Sequence record: DRR723986_7207
Strand: one strand, 5' to 3'
Length of the DNA: 39,743 bases
A program made the translations under genes and the position numbers. Of the stretch, positions 27,658-36,272 are shown in pieces. The notes beneath the pieces were generated by a model that ran no database searches, was not told where the DNA came from, and saw nothing but the letters and a program-made list of their open reading frames with translations. Every line of letters starts with the position of its first letter. The stretch's first letter is position 1.

Positions 27658-28848
27658 ATGAGCGATCCCCGCCAGCATATCATGCCGGTCTACCGACCGC
27701 CGGAACAGGTTTTCGACAAAGGAGAGGGTGTCTACCTCTACACCGAAGACGGCACGCGATATCTGGACTTCATTGCAGGCATTGCGGTCAACGCGCTCGG
27801 CCATTCGCATCCGGCGATGGTGGACGCCTTGCGCGAGCAGGCGGGCAAGCTGTGGCACACGTCCAACATGTTCCGTGTGCGTGGCGCCGAAGAGCTGGCC
27901 GACAAGATCTGCCGCGACACCTTCGCCGACCGTGTCTTCTTCACGAACTCCGGTACCGAAGCGATCGAGTGCGCGATCAAGTCTGCGCGCAAGTATCAGT
28001 GGGCCAATGGCCATGAAGACCGGATCGACATCATCACCTTCACGGGCGCCTTCCACGGCCGCTCGCTGGGCGCGATCAATGCTGGCGGCAATCCCAAATA
28101 CCTCGAAGGCTTCGGCCCGGCCCTGCCTGGCTTCGTCCATCTCGAATGGGGCGACCATGACGCGCTGAAGGAAGCCGTAGTCCGGCCGACCGCTGCGGCT
28201 GTCCTGGTCGAGCCTGTGCAGGGCGAAGGCGGCGTGCGCGCCATGCCGGAACAATGCCTGAAGGGCCTGCGGGACCTGTGCGACGAACACGGCGTGCTGC
28301 TGATCTATGACGAAGTCCAGTGCGGCATGGGCCGGACCGGCAAGCTGTTCGCCCATGAATGGGCCGAAGGCGCCGCGCCGGACATCCTGTGCTCGGCCAA
28401 GGGCATCGGCGGTGGCTTTCCGTTCGGCGCGTGCCTCACGACAGAGGCTTGCGGCGAGCACATGCAGCCGGGCAGCCACGGCTCGACCTATGGTGGCAAC
28501 CCGCTGGCCATGGCCGTCGGTAATGTCGTCTGGGACATCATCTCGGACGAGGACTTCCTGGCAGAAGTCCGCCGCGTTTCCGGTACGGTGGCGCAGAGCC
28601 TGAAGAGCATCGCCGACAGCCACCCGGACAAGGTTGAAGGCGTGACCGGCAAAGGCCTGCTGACGGGCTTGAAGATGAAGGCTGATCCGAAAGGCCTGCA
28701 GGGCGTCTGCCGCGACAAGAACCTTCTGACTGGTGTTGCCGGAAACAATGTGCTGCGTCTCGCGCCGCCGCTGGTGATCACGGACGAAAATGTCCGCGAA
28801 GCCACCCGCATCATGGACGAGGCCATCGGCGAATGGGACCCCGCATAG
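27658..28848 (+). CDS. argD: Acetylornithine aminotransferase (class III PLP)
   Basis: YLDFIAGIAVNALGH, NSGTEA, FHGRS, EPVQGEGG, DEVQCGMGRTG, SAKGIGGG and HGSTYGGNP motifs; argF and hslO downstream. Confidence 0.9.
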   Translation: MSDPRQHIMPVYRPPEQVFDKGEGVYLYTEDGTRYLDFIAGIAVNALGHSHPAMVDALREQAGKLWHTSNMFRVRGAEELADKICRDTFADRVFFTNSGTEAIECAIKSARKYQWANGHEDRIDIITFTGAFHGRSLGAINAGGNPKYLEGFGPALPGFVHLEWGDHDALKEAVVRPTAAAVLVEPVQGEGGVRAMPEQCLKGLRDLCDEHGVLLIYDEVQCGMGRTGKLFAHEWAEGAAPDILCSAKGIGGGFPFGACLTTEACGEHMQPGSHGSTYGGNPLAMAVGNVVWDIISDEDFLAEVRRVSGTVAQSLKSIADSHPDKVEGVTGKGLLTGLKMKADPKGLQGVCRDKNLLTGVAGNNVLRLAPPLVITDENVREATRIMDEAIGEWDPA

Positions 28849-28866
28849 GATCATGACGCACTGGCC

Positions 28867-29259
28867 ATGACACACTGGGAAGGGTCTTGTCATTGCGGGG
28901 CCGTCCGGTTCCGCTTCGAGACTGACATCACGGATGTCTACCAGTGCGACTGTTCCCTTTGCGCCATGAAGGGTGCGACCATGACAAGCGTTCCGAAGGA
29001 TCGCTTCACGCTGGTCTCCGGCGAAGAGGCACTCAGCGAATATCGCTGGAACACCGGCGTCGCCCGGCACTATTTCTGCTCGACCTGCGGCATCTATCCG
29101 TTTCACAGCAAGCGGGCGGCGCCGGACCATTACGGCGTCAACGTGAACTGCCTGAAGGGCTTCGACGTCAGCGCCATCAAGATCCGCCAGACCGAGGGCC
29201 AGGGAATGACCGTCAATCCCGACGGCGCCCGCTCTGTCTGGCCGGGACCGCGGATCTAA
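28867..29259 (+). CDS. GFA/CENP-V family Zn protein
   Basis: GSCHCGAVRF, CDCSLC and FCSTCGI motifs. Confidence 0.9.
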   Translation: MTHWEGSCHCGAVRFRFETDITDVYQCDCSLCAMKGATMTSVPKDRFTLVSGEEALSEYRWNTGVARHYFCSTCGIYPFHSKRAAPDHYGVNVNCLKGFDVSAIKIRQTEGQGMTVNPDGARSVWPGPRI

Positions 29260-29924
29260 CCGTCTTTCGAGGTCTCCTCGTGCACCTGCTTGCGGCCGGT
29301 CACCATGGCGCGGGCGAGGTTTTCCTTGTGGACGAGGCTTGAGGCTACGACGCCGGCAAGGTGCAGGCCGACCAGAGCCAGCGTGATGTAGACGAATGTC
29401 TTGTGCACGCCTTCGAGCCATTCCTCGGCTCCGGATTCCTCATGGCCTCCGTGCTCGCCTTCCTCGCCGAAGGCAGAAGCGAGCGGCGCGAAGGTTTCTT
29501 CCGTCACGATCCCGGCCAGCGGCCCGGCATTGTCTTCAACGGCGTAGAGCGCCATGCCGGCCGAAGTTGTGACCAGCAGGCTGAAGAGCAGGGCGATGAC
29601 CATGGCGCCGCCCGCCGGATTGTGGCCCGCATAGTCCTTCGCTTGGCCTGAGAAGAGACCGCGCAGGTATCCGAGGACAGCGCCGGGGCCGCGGACAAAA
29701 TCTGTAAACCGCGCATGCCTTGTGCCGATCACGCCCCAGACGATGCGGACCAGCACATAGCCCGCCACAATATAGCCGGCCCATTTGTGGATGTTGAAAA
29801 GATCGTCGCCAGACAGGTAGGCGGTGAAAAACGCGATCACCAGCGTCCAGTGCCCGATACGGACAAGGGGGTCCCATACCGGGCGGGTGGGGGCCGGACG
29901 AGTGGAGGTATTGGTCTGGCTCAT
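29256..29924 (-). CDS. Cytochrome b/b6-domain membrane protein (Ni/Fe-hydrogenase cyt b-like)
   Basis: VWDPLVRIGHW, IHKWAGY, GHNPAGG, VH...LHLAGV and ENLARAMVTG motifs; four His ligands. Confidence 0.88.
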   Translation of the reverse strand: MSQTNTSTRPAPTRPVWDPLVRIGHWTLVIAFFTAYLSGDDLFNIHKWAGYIVAGYVLVRIVWGVIGTRHARFTDFVRGPGAVLGYLRGLFSGQAKDYAGHNPAGGAMVIALLFSLLVTTSAGMALYAVEDNAGPLAGIVTEETFAPLASAFGEEGEHGGHEESGAEEWLEGVHKTFVYITLALVGLHLAGVVASSLVHKENLARAMVTGRKQVHEETSKDG

Positions 29925-30037
29925 GCGAATGTCTCCGTCGCTACCTGCTGACCGGGAAAACCTGGCGGGAACATGGCGCCAAATCCATCCGTCAATTGAC
30001 GCATTCCCTTTGTCCGCGCTTTGGGCGAGAAGGGCGT

Positions 30038-30544
30038 ATGTCAGATGACGTATCCGGACGCAGAGGCCTTCTGGGCATTGCCGCGCTGTTTGGCGCGATT
30101 GCCCTGTTCATCGGGGCAGACCTGATCACCGACAGTGGAGAAGGCGCAGGCGCAGGGCATCTTGCGGCCGAACTGGTCGTGCTGGTCGCCGCATCCTTCG
30201 GGCTGGGGGCCATGTTGTGGCGCCTGGGGCGCCTGCGCCGCGCGCTGGCGAGTGCGCGGCAGGATGCCGGGCGCTGGCAGGCAGAGAACCGTGAGCTTGT
30301 GCAAGGACTGGGCATTGCCATCGCGCGCCAGTTTTCGGCCTGGGGGCTGACGGACGCCGAGTCCGATGTTGGCCTGTTGCTGTTAAAGGGGCTTTCCCTG
30401 CAGGAGATCGCCGACCTGCGCGAGACGAGTGAACGCACGGTTCGCGAACAGGCGCGGGCTGTTTACCGCAAGAGCAGCCTTGCCGGGCGAAACGCGCTGT
30501 CTGCCTATTTTCTGGAAGACCTGCTTCCCGGAAGCGGCGGATAA
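30038..30544 (+). CDS. LuxR-type HTH regulator with two N-terminal TM helices
   Basis: WGLTDAESDVGLLLLKGLSLQEIADLRETSERTVREQARAVYRK; two hydrophobic segments in place of a receiver domain. Confidence 0.82.
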   Translation: MSDDVSGRRGLLGIAALFGAIALFIGADLITDSGEGAGAGHLAAELVVLVAASFGLGAMLWRLGRLRRALASARQDAGRWQAENRELVQGLGIAIARQFSAWGLTDAESDVGLLLLKGLSLQEIADLRETSERTVREQARAVYRKSSLAGRNALSAYFLEDLLPGSGG

Positions 30545-30588
30545 GGATGTCCGCTGGCGCTCTTCGCGCGCGGCGCTAGGATCGGAAC

Positions 30589-31425
30589 ATGACCAAGATT
30601 ACTGCTGCCTGTGTCCAGATGCGCTCCGGCGTGGAAGTTGCCCCGAACATTGCGGCGGCGTCCGCGCTCATCCGTGAAGCGGCCGGGAAGGGCGCGAAGT
30701 TCATCGCGACCCCGGAGATGACCAACCTGCTCGACATCCGCCCCGGCATGGCGCGGCCGAAGATTGTGGAACAGGACGATATTCCCCTGCATGCCTTCCA
30801 GGCGCTGGCGGTGGAACTCGGCGTGACCCTTCTGATCGGCTCTCTTGCGGTGACGCTGGAGAGCGAAGAGCGCTTCGCCAACCGCTCCTTCCTGATCGGG
30901 CCGGATGGCGGCGTGATTGCCCGCTACGACAAGATCCACATGTTCGATGTGGAGGTCGGCGACGGGCAGAACTATCGTGAGAGCCGGGCTTACCGGCCGG
31001 GCGAGACGGCTGTGCTGGCCAAGGCGCCCTTCGGCGAGATCGGCATGACGATCTGCTACGACCTTCGCTTCCCGCAACTTTACCGGAAGCTCGCACAGGC
31101 GGGGGCAGACATCCTGACCATCCCGGCCGCATTCACCCGCGTGACGGGCGAGGCGCACTGGCACGTGCTGGTCCGGGCGCGGGCGATCGAGACGGGTTGT
31201 TTCGTGGTTGCGCCGGCACAAGGCGGCAAGCATGAGGACGGGCGCGAAACCTTCGGCCACTCCCTGATCGTCTCGCCCTGGGGCGAGGTGATTGCAGAGG
31301 CCAAAGGTGCCGAGCCCGGCATCGTGCTGGCGGAGCTGGATCTGGACGAGGTGGCGAAGGCGCGGGGGCGCCTTCCGTCGCTCGGGAACGATCGCGAAGT
31401 GCCCCTAACGCGGATGGGCGGTTAG
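30589..31425 (+). CDS. Carbon-nitrogen hydrolase (Nit1-like)
   Basis: E-K-C triad motifs TPE, YDKIHMFD and ICYDLRFP; RARAIE; FGHSLIV. Confidence 0.92.
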   Translation: MTKITAACVQMRSGVEVAPNIAAASALIREAAGKGAKFIATPEMTNLLDIRPGMARPKIVEQDDIPLHAFQALAVELGVTLLIGSLAVTLESEERFANRSFLIGPDGGVIARYDKIHMFDVEVGDGQNYRESRAYRPGETAVLAKAPFGEIGMTICYDLRFPQLYRKLAQAGADILTIPAAFTRVTGEAHWHVLVRARAIETGCFVVAPAQGGKHEDGRETFGHSLIVSPWGEVIAEAKGAEPGIVLAELDLDEVAKARGRLPSLGNDREVPLTRMGG

Positions 31426-31505
31426 CCGTTGGCGGCACCGGGCGCGAGCAGACACACTGCCAGAAGGCAGAGTACAAGACATCCGAGTGCGATACGCCCA
31501 GCCAT
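31422..31505 (-). CDS. Candidate 27-aa hydrophobic small protein
   Basis: Own translation: MAGRIALGCLVLCLLAVCLLAPGAANG. GGAGGA lies 6 nt before the ATG; the stop overlaps the convergent nitrilase stop. Confidence 0.5.
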   Translation of the reverse strand: MAGRIALGCLVLCLLAVCLLAPGAANG

Positions 31506-31583
31506 GCGCATTCCTCCGAGCCCTCAGACTGGCATGAAGTGAGGAAGATCCGGTGAAAGAGTTCTGGGAAATTTAAAAGAATT

Positions 31584-32723
31584 CTAACTGCCGAGGCGGC
31601 GGCGGAATTCCTCATAGCCGAAATGCGAGACCTGTTCGACGCGGTCATCCTCCCAGCGGATGGCGAGATTGGCGAGCGGCGTGCCGTTGAACGTGTTGGT
31701 CTTCACGAAGCTGTAGTGCATCTGGTCGGTGAAGATGATCTGGTCGCCCGGCTGCAATGGTTTGTGGAAGGAGTAATCCCCGATCACGTCGCCGGTCATG
31801 CAGGTCTTGCCGCCGAGGCGGTAGGTGTGCGGCTTCTCACCCGGCTGGCCTGCGCCGACAATGTCCGGCCGGTAAGGCACTTCCAGAACGTCCGGCATGT
31901 GCGTGGAGGCGGAGGCGTCGAGAATGGCGAGATCCATCTCGTTCCAGTGCAGGGCGAGCACGGTTGAATAAAGTTCGCCCGTATTCACGACGAGGCCGGC
32001 GCCCGGTTCCAGGATCACATCCACACCGAAGCGCGCCTTGAAGGCCTTGATGGCTTCGATCAGAACGCCGACATCATAGCCTGGCTTGTTCATGAAGTGC
32101 CCACCGCCGAAATTCACGGCAGAGACTTGCTCAATATATTGCCCGAACTTGTCGGCCACATGCTGGATCAGTCCGGCGGACCCATCATGCAGGCTCTCGC
32201 ACAGGGCGTGGACGTGGAAGATGTCGACACCGGACCAGTCGATCTGGTCCAGCTTCGCCGGGACTTCGCCAAACCGGCTGCCCGGCGCGCAAGGGTCATA
32301 AAGATCGCCGCCGAGGGTCGCGTTGGAATAGCCGGGGTTCACGCGCAGGCCGACATGGGCGCCTGCGTCGCGGGCGATGTCGCCAAAGCGGGTGAGCTGT
32401 TCGGCCGAGTTGAAATAGATGTGCTCTGCGATTTTCGTCAGGCGGCGGACTTCATCTTCCGTATAGGCCGGGGAGTAGACATGCACTTCCTTGCCGAAGC
32501 TTTCATGCCCCATGATGGCTTCATGCTCGCCACTGGCGGTGGTGCCATCGAGATAGTCGGTCATCACGCCGAACACCGCCGGCATGGCGAAGGCCTTGGT
32601 GGCGAGCAGGATCTTGCAGCCAGCCTCCTCCCGCACACGCTTCGCCGTCTCCAGATTCTTCCGGAGGCGAGCAACATCGAGGATGAAAACGGGCGTTGGA
32701 ATGTCCGACGGCAAGGTGGTCAA
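31584..32723 (-). CDS. nspC: Carboxy(nor)spermidine decarboxylase
   Basis: LLATKAF, YDPCAPGSRFG, HVHALCE, NFGGGH, EPGAG, HMPDVLE, CMTGD and KTNTFNG motifs; TTG start 1 nt after the upstream stop. Confidence 0.92.
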   Translation of the reverse strand: MTTLPSDIPTPVFILDVARLRKNLETAKRVREEAGCKILLATKAFAMPAVFGVMTDYLDGTTASGEHEAIMGHESFGKEVHVYSPAYTEDEVRRLTKIAEHIYFNSAEQLTRFGDIARDAGAHVGLRVNPGYSNATLGGDLYDPCAPGSRFGEVPAKLDQIDWSGVDIFHVHALCESLHDGSAGLIQHVADKFGQYIEQVSAVNFGGGHFMNKPGYDVGVLIEAIKAFKARFGVDVILEPGAGLVVNTGELYSTVLALHWNEMDLAILDASASTHMPDVLEVPYRPDIVGAGQPGEKPHTYRLGGKTCMTGDVIGDYSFHKPLQPGDQIIFTDQMHYSFVKTNTFNGTPLANLAIRWEDDRVEQVSHFGYEEFRRRLGS

Positions 32724-32724
32724 A

Positions 32725-33939
32725 TCAGGTCTCCACCGCGAAGAGTTCGTCCTGGTCGCCGGGCTTCACGTCGATGACGTGCCAGGGCAGGCCACGCTGG
32801 GCGACGTCTTCGAGGAAAGGCTTCGCCGGGAATTGCTCGACATTGAACACGCCCTTGCCGGCCCATTCGCCGCGGAAGAACATGGCCGCGCCGGAGACCG
32901 GCGGCACGCCCGTCGTGTAGGAGACAGCCTGCGCAGAGACTTCCTTGTTCGTCTCGGCATGGTCGCAGACATTGTAGATCATCTTGGTCAGCGGCTGGCC
33001 ATCCTTCTTGCCACGGAAGATCACGCCGATGCTGGTCTTGCCGGTATAGCCTTCGGCGAGCGAGGACGGCACGGGCAGCAGGTCCTTCAGGAACTCCATC
33101 GGGATAATGTCCATGCCCTTGTGCTTGATCGGTTCGAGGCCGATCAGGCCAATGGATTTGAACACCTGAAGGTGCTTGATGTATTCGGCGCCGAACGTCA
33201 TCCAGAAGCGGATCTGCTTCAGGCCCTTGATGTTCTTCACAAGGCTTTCCTCTTCCTCGTGATAGATGAGGTAGGAATCCTTCGGGCCGACTTCCGGATA
33301 GTCGATGTCGCAATTGATGGAGAGGGCGGGGATCTCGATCCACTCGCCATTCTTCCAGTATTTGCCGTCCTGCGTGACTTCGCGCAGGTTGATCTCCGGA
33401 TTGAAGTTCGTCGCGAACGTCTTGCCATGGTCGCCGGCATTGCAGTCGACGATATCGATATATTCGATCTCGTCGAACAGATGCTCCTGCGCATAGGCGC
33501 AGTAGACGTTGGTTACGCCGGGGTCGAAGCCGCAGCCGAGAATGGCGGTGATGCCCTTCTCCTTGAAGCGGTCGTGATAGGCCCACTGCCAGGAATATTC
33601 GAACTTCGCGACTTCGCGCGGCTCATAGTTCGCCGTGTCCATATAGTTGCAGCCGGTTTCGAGGCAGGCGTCCATGATCGGCAGGTCCTGATAGGGCAGG
33701 GCCATGTTGATCAGCAGGTCCGGCTTCACCTTTTCGATGAGGGCGACGACTTCCGGCACATTGTCGGCGTCGACCTGCGCGATCTCGATCGGCGTCTTGC
33801 AGAGCTTCGCCACCTTCTCGCAACTTTCGAGGCGGCGCGAGGCGAGCGTGATGTGCTTGAACGTGTCGCGGTCCATCGCGCATTTCTGGGCGACGACCGA
33901 ACCGGCAGCGCCGGCACCGATGATGAGAACGCGGTCCAT
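32725..33939 (-). CDS. Carboxy(nor)spermidine dehydrogenase/synthase (saccharopine dehydrogenase family)
   Basis: IIGAGAAG, NMALPYQDL, DTANYE, GCGFDPG, FATNFNPEINLRE and QAVSYTTGVP motifs; directly upstream of nspC. Confidence 0.9.
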   Translation of the reverse strand: MDRVLIIGAGAAGSVVAQKCAMDRDTFKHITLASRRLESCEKVAKLCKTPIEIAQVDADNVPEVVALIEKVKPDLLINMALPYQDLPIMDACLETGCNYMDTANYEPREVAKFEYSWQWAYHDRFKEKGITAILGCGFDPGVTNVYCAYAQEHLFDEIEYIDIVDCNAGDHGKTFATNFNPEINLREVTQDGKYWKNGEWIEIPALSINCDIDYPEVGPKDSYLIYHEEEESLVKNIKGLKQIRFWMTFGAEYIKHLQVFKSIGLIGLEPIKHKGMDIIPMEFLKDLLPVPSSLAEGYTGKTSIGVIFRGKKDGQPLTKMIYNVCDHAETNKEVSAQAVSYTTGVPPVSGAAMFFRGEWAGKGVFNVEQFPAKPFLEDVAQRGLPWHVIDVKPGDQDELFAVET

Positions 33940-34102
33940 GATGGGAGGGCCTCCAAAACTCTGCGGGGTTCCTGAATTGACCCGTCACATAGGGCAAACC
34001 GTGGGGCTTCGCCAGTGGAGACATGAGGGGGTGGCGCAGCGCAGGCAGATCGTTTTAGGGGGAGGAAACAAGGCTCCGCCCGCGCTGCGGCCGTGAGAAA
34101 GC

Positions 34103-34294
34103 TCAGGCAGCCTGCCGGTAGGGCGACAGGCGGGAGAGCTCCTCGTTTAACCAGTCAAAATGGCGGGACAGCCGCTCTACCTGCTGTAGATCGGCGTCGG
34201 GCCGGCTGGACAGCTCGGCCTGCCAGGCTTCGATCACGCGCAGCTGCGTCTGCAGCCAGCACAGCATGGCGGAGTCATCGACCGGAACACACAT
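34103..34294 (-). CDS. Small hypothetical protein (63 aa, helical hairpin-like)
   Basis: MCVPVDDSAMLCWLQTQLRVIEAWQAEL...HFDWLNEELSRLSPYRQAA with AAGGA RBS; fills the gap between flanking genes. Confidence 0.6.
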   Translation of the reverse strand: MCVPVDDSAMLCWLQTQLRVIEAWQAELSSRPDADLQQVERLSRHFDWLNEELSRLSPYRQAA

Positions 34295-34495
34295 GACACA
34301 ATTCCTTGCGATTGCGAAGCATTCGCAGAAATGAATATGCATAAGCCGCCTCTCTTTGCAAGTCATTCTCAAAAATGTCACAGATGGCGGATGCGATGAC
34401 CTGCCTTGCGAGGGGGAACGAATGCCGGTCCTGAGGGTTGTACGCTTAACAGTCTGGCCTGTTCCCGGTGCCGGAAAACCATGAGGAGACACCAG

Positions 34496-34750
34496 ATGAC
34501 CCTTGAAGGGCTTATCATTTTTCTGCTGGTCGGCGGCGTGGCCGGCTGGCTGGCCGGGCTGATCGTTCGTGGCGGCGGCTTTGGCATCGTTGGGAATATC
34601 GCCGTAGGCATCGTCGGCGCTTTCATTGCCGGGTTCCTTTTCCCGGCGATCGGCATCAGCCTTGCCGCCGGCATTGTCGGGTCCATCGTGCATGCCACGA
34701 TCGGCGCAGTGGTCCTGCTCCTGATTGTGCGTGTGCTGAAGCGCGCCTGA
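34496..34750 (+). CDS. GlsB/YeaQ/YmgE family stress-response membrane protein
   Basis: VGGVAGWLAGLIVRGGGFGIVGNIAVGIVGA...ATIGAVVLL; GAGGAG RBS. Confidence 0.9.
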   Translation: MTLEGLIIFLLVGGVAGWLAGLIVRGGGFGIVGNIAVGIVGAFIAGFLFPAIGISLAAGIVGSIVHATIGAVVLLLIVRVLKRA

Positions 34751-34761
34751 CGCGGCGGCCA

Positions 34762-35226
34762 TCAGCTTGCCAGTCCGGCCGCCAGCTGTTTCGCAAGCGT
34801 CTCGACGCGCGACTTGTTCTTACCGAGGTCTGACAAGCCGATGCGGGAGCGAGAATAAACGGCCACCTGTGACGTGTCCGGACCTGTTGGGCGGATGAGA
34901 ACGTCCACATCGTCCCGGAACCGCGCGATGGGGGTGATAGCGACATAGCGCAGCTGGATGTCGCCATTCGGCAATTCCCGCTGTTCGGCACCCGGCTGTA
35001 GACGGATAAGCGCCGCTGCCACATCCGTGGCCGGATAGGCAAAATCCAGCGCATTTCCGGTATTTCCAGCCGCCTCGCAGATGGACGGGGTGCATGCCAG
35101 GTAACGATTGGTCGGCAGGCCAGGCTCGAGCGTTGCGAAACTGATCCAGTTCTCCGCTGGCCTTGGGGTTGATGTGCAGGCAGTTAACAAAAGGAGGCCG
35201 CCGCAAGCCAATATGGGACGGATCAT
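34762..35226 (-). CDS. DUF1499 family lipoprotein
   Basis: Lipobox LTAC; RFRDDV and YSRSRIGLSDLGKNKSRV motifs. Confidence 0.8.
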   Translation of the reverse strand: MIRPILACGGLLLLTACTSTPRPAENWISFATLEPGLPTNRYLACTPSICEAAGNTGNALDFAYPATDVAAALIRLQPGAEQRELPNGDIQLRYVAITPIARFRDDVDVLIRPTGPDTSQVAVYSRSRIGLSDLGKNKSRVETLAKQLAAGLAS

Positions 35227-35342
35227 TGGGGGCCTCCTGATTGTATGCTGCGTATACGCTGGCTGGGCCGTTCCGGATCACATCTAGCCGAATAGGCAGA
35301 TATGGGCTAAGGCGCGCCCTTCATTTTAAACAGGGGGACGCC

Positions 35343-36269
35343 ATGGCAGGCCGTCACTTCATCGATCTCTGGCATCTCGACCATGTCGAACTGCGCGAAA
35401 TTCTCGACATGGCCCACGCCATGAAGAAAGCGCGCGCTGGCTGGCCGAAGGGCCGCGTCGATGATGGGGCACCGCTGGAAGGCCACACGCTGGCGATGAT
35501 CTTCGAGAAATCCTCGACCCGGACACGCTATTCCTTCGACATGGCGATGCGCCAGCTGGGCGGCTCGTCGATCACCACATCGTCCGGTGACATGCAACTC
35601 GGCCGGGGTGAGACGATCGAGGATACGGCCCGGGTCATCTCCCGCTATGTCGATGCCGTGATGATCCGCGCCAACGACCATTCAGATGTCGAGGCGTTTG
35701 CAGAGTTTTCCTCCGTTCCCGTCATCAACGGTCTGACCGACCGCTCGCATCCCTGCCAGATCATGGCGGACCTGCAGACGCTGGAAGAGAAGGGGCTGGA
35801 GCTGCGTGGCGCCCGGATCGCATGGGTCGGCGACGGCAACAATGTCTGCGCGAGCTTCATTCATGCCGCGGCGAAGTTCGGTTTCTCTCTGGCCGTCGGC
35901 ACGCCCGCCCGGTTTGCACCGGATGATGAGGATCTCGACATTGCGCGCGAGCTGCAGGGCAAGATCGATCTTTATGAAACGGCCGAAGAAGCTGTTGCCG
36001 GCGCGGACGTTGTCATCGCCGACACGTTCGTCTCCATGGGCGACAAGGACGCCGAGCGCCGCCTTGAAATCCTGGAACCCTATGCCGTCACCGAAGATCT
36101 GATGGAGATGGCCAGTAAGGGCGCCTACTTCCTGCACTGCCTGCCGGCGCACCGGGGCGAGGAAGTGGACGCCGAAGTCATCGACGGCCCGCAAAGCCTC
36201 GTCTTCGACGAAGCGGAAAACCGCCTGCACGCTCAGAAGGCGATCCTGCGCTGGTGCCTTGAGAAATAG
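35343..36269 (+). CDS. argF: Ornithine carbamoyltransferase
   Basis: [30 protein letters not shown] and EAENRLH motifs. Start moved to ATG 35343. Confidence 0.96.
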   Translation: MAGRHFIDLWHLDHVELREILDMAHAMKKARAGWPKGRVDDGAPLEGHTLAMIFEKSSTRTRYSFDMAMRQLGGSSITTSSGDMQLGRGETIEDTARVISRYVDAVMIRANDHSDVEAFAEFSSVPVINGLTDRSHPCQIMADLQTLEEKGLELRGARIAWVGDGNNVCASFIHAAAKFGFSLAVGTPARFAPDDEDLDIARELQGKIDLYETAEEAVAGADVVIADTFVSMGDKDAERRLEILEPYAVTEDLMEMASKGAYFLHCLPAHRGEEVDAEVIDGPQSLVFDEAENRLHAQKAILRWCLEK

Positions 36270-36272
36270 GCT

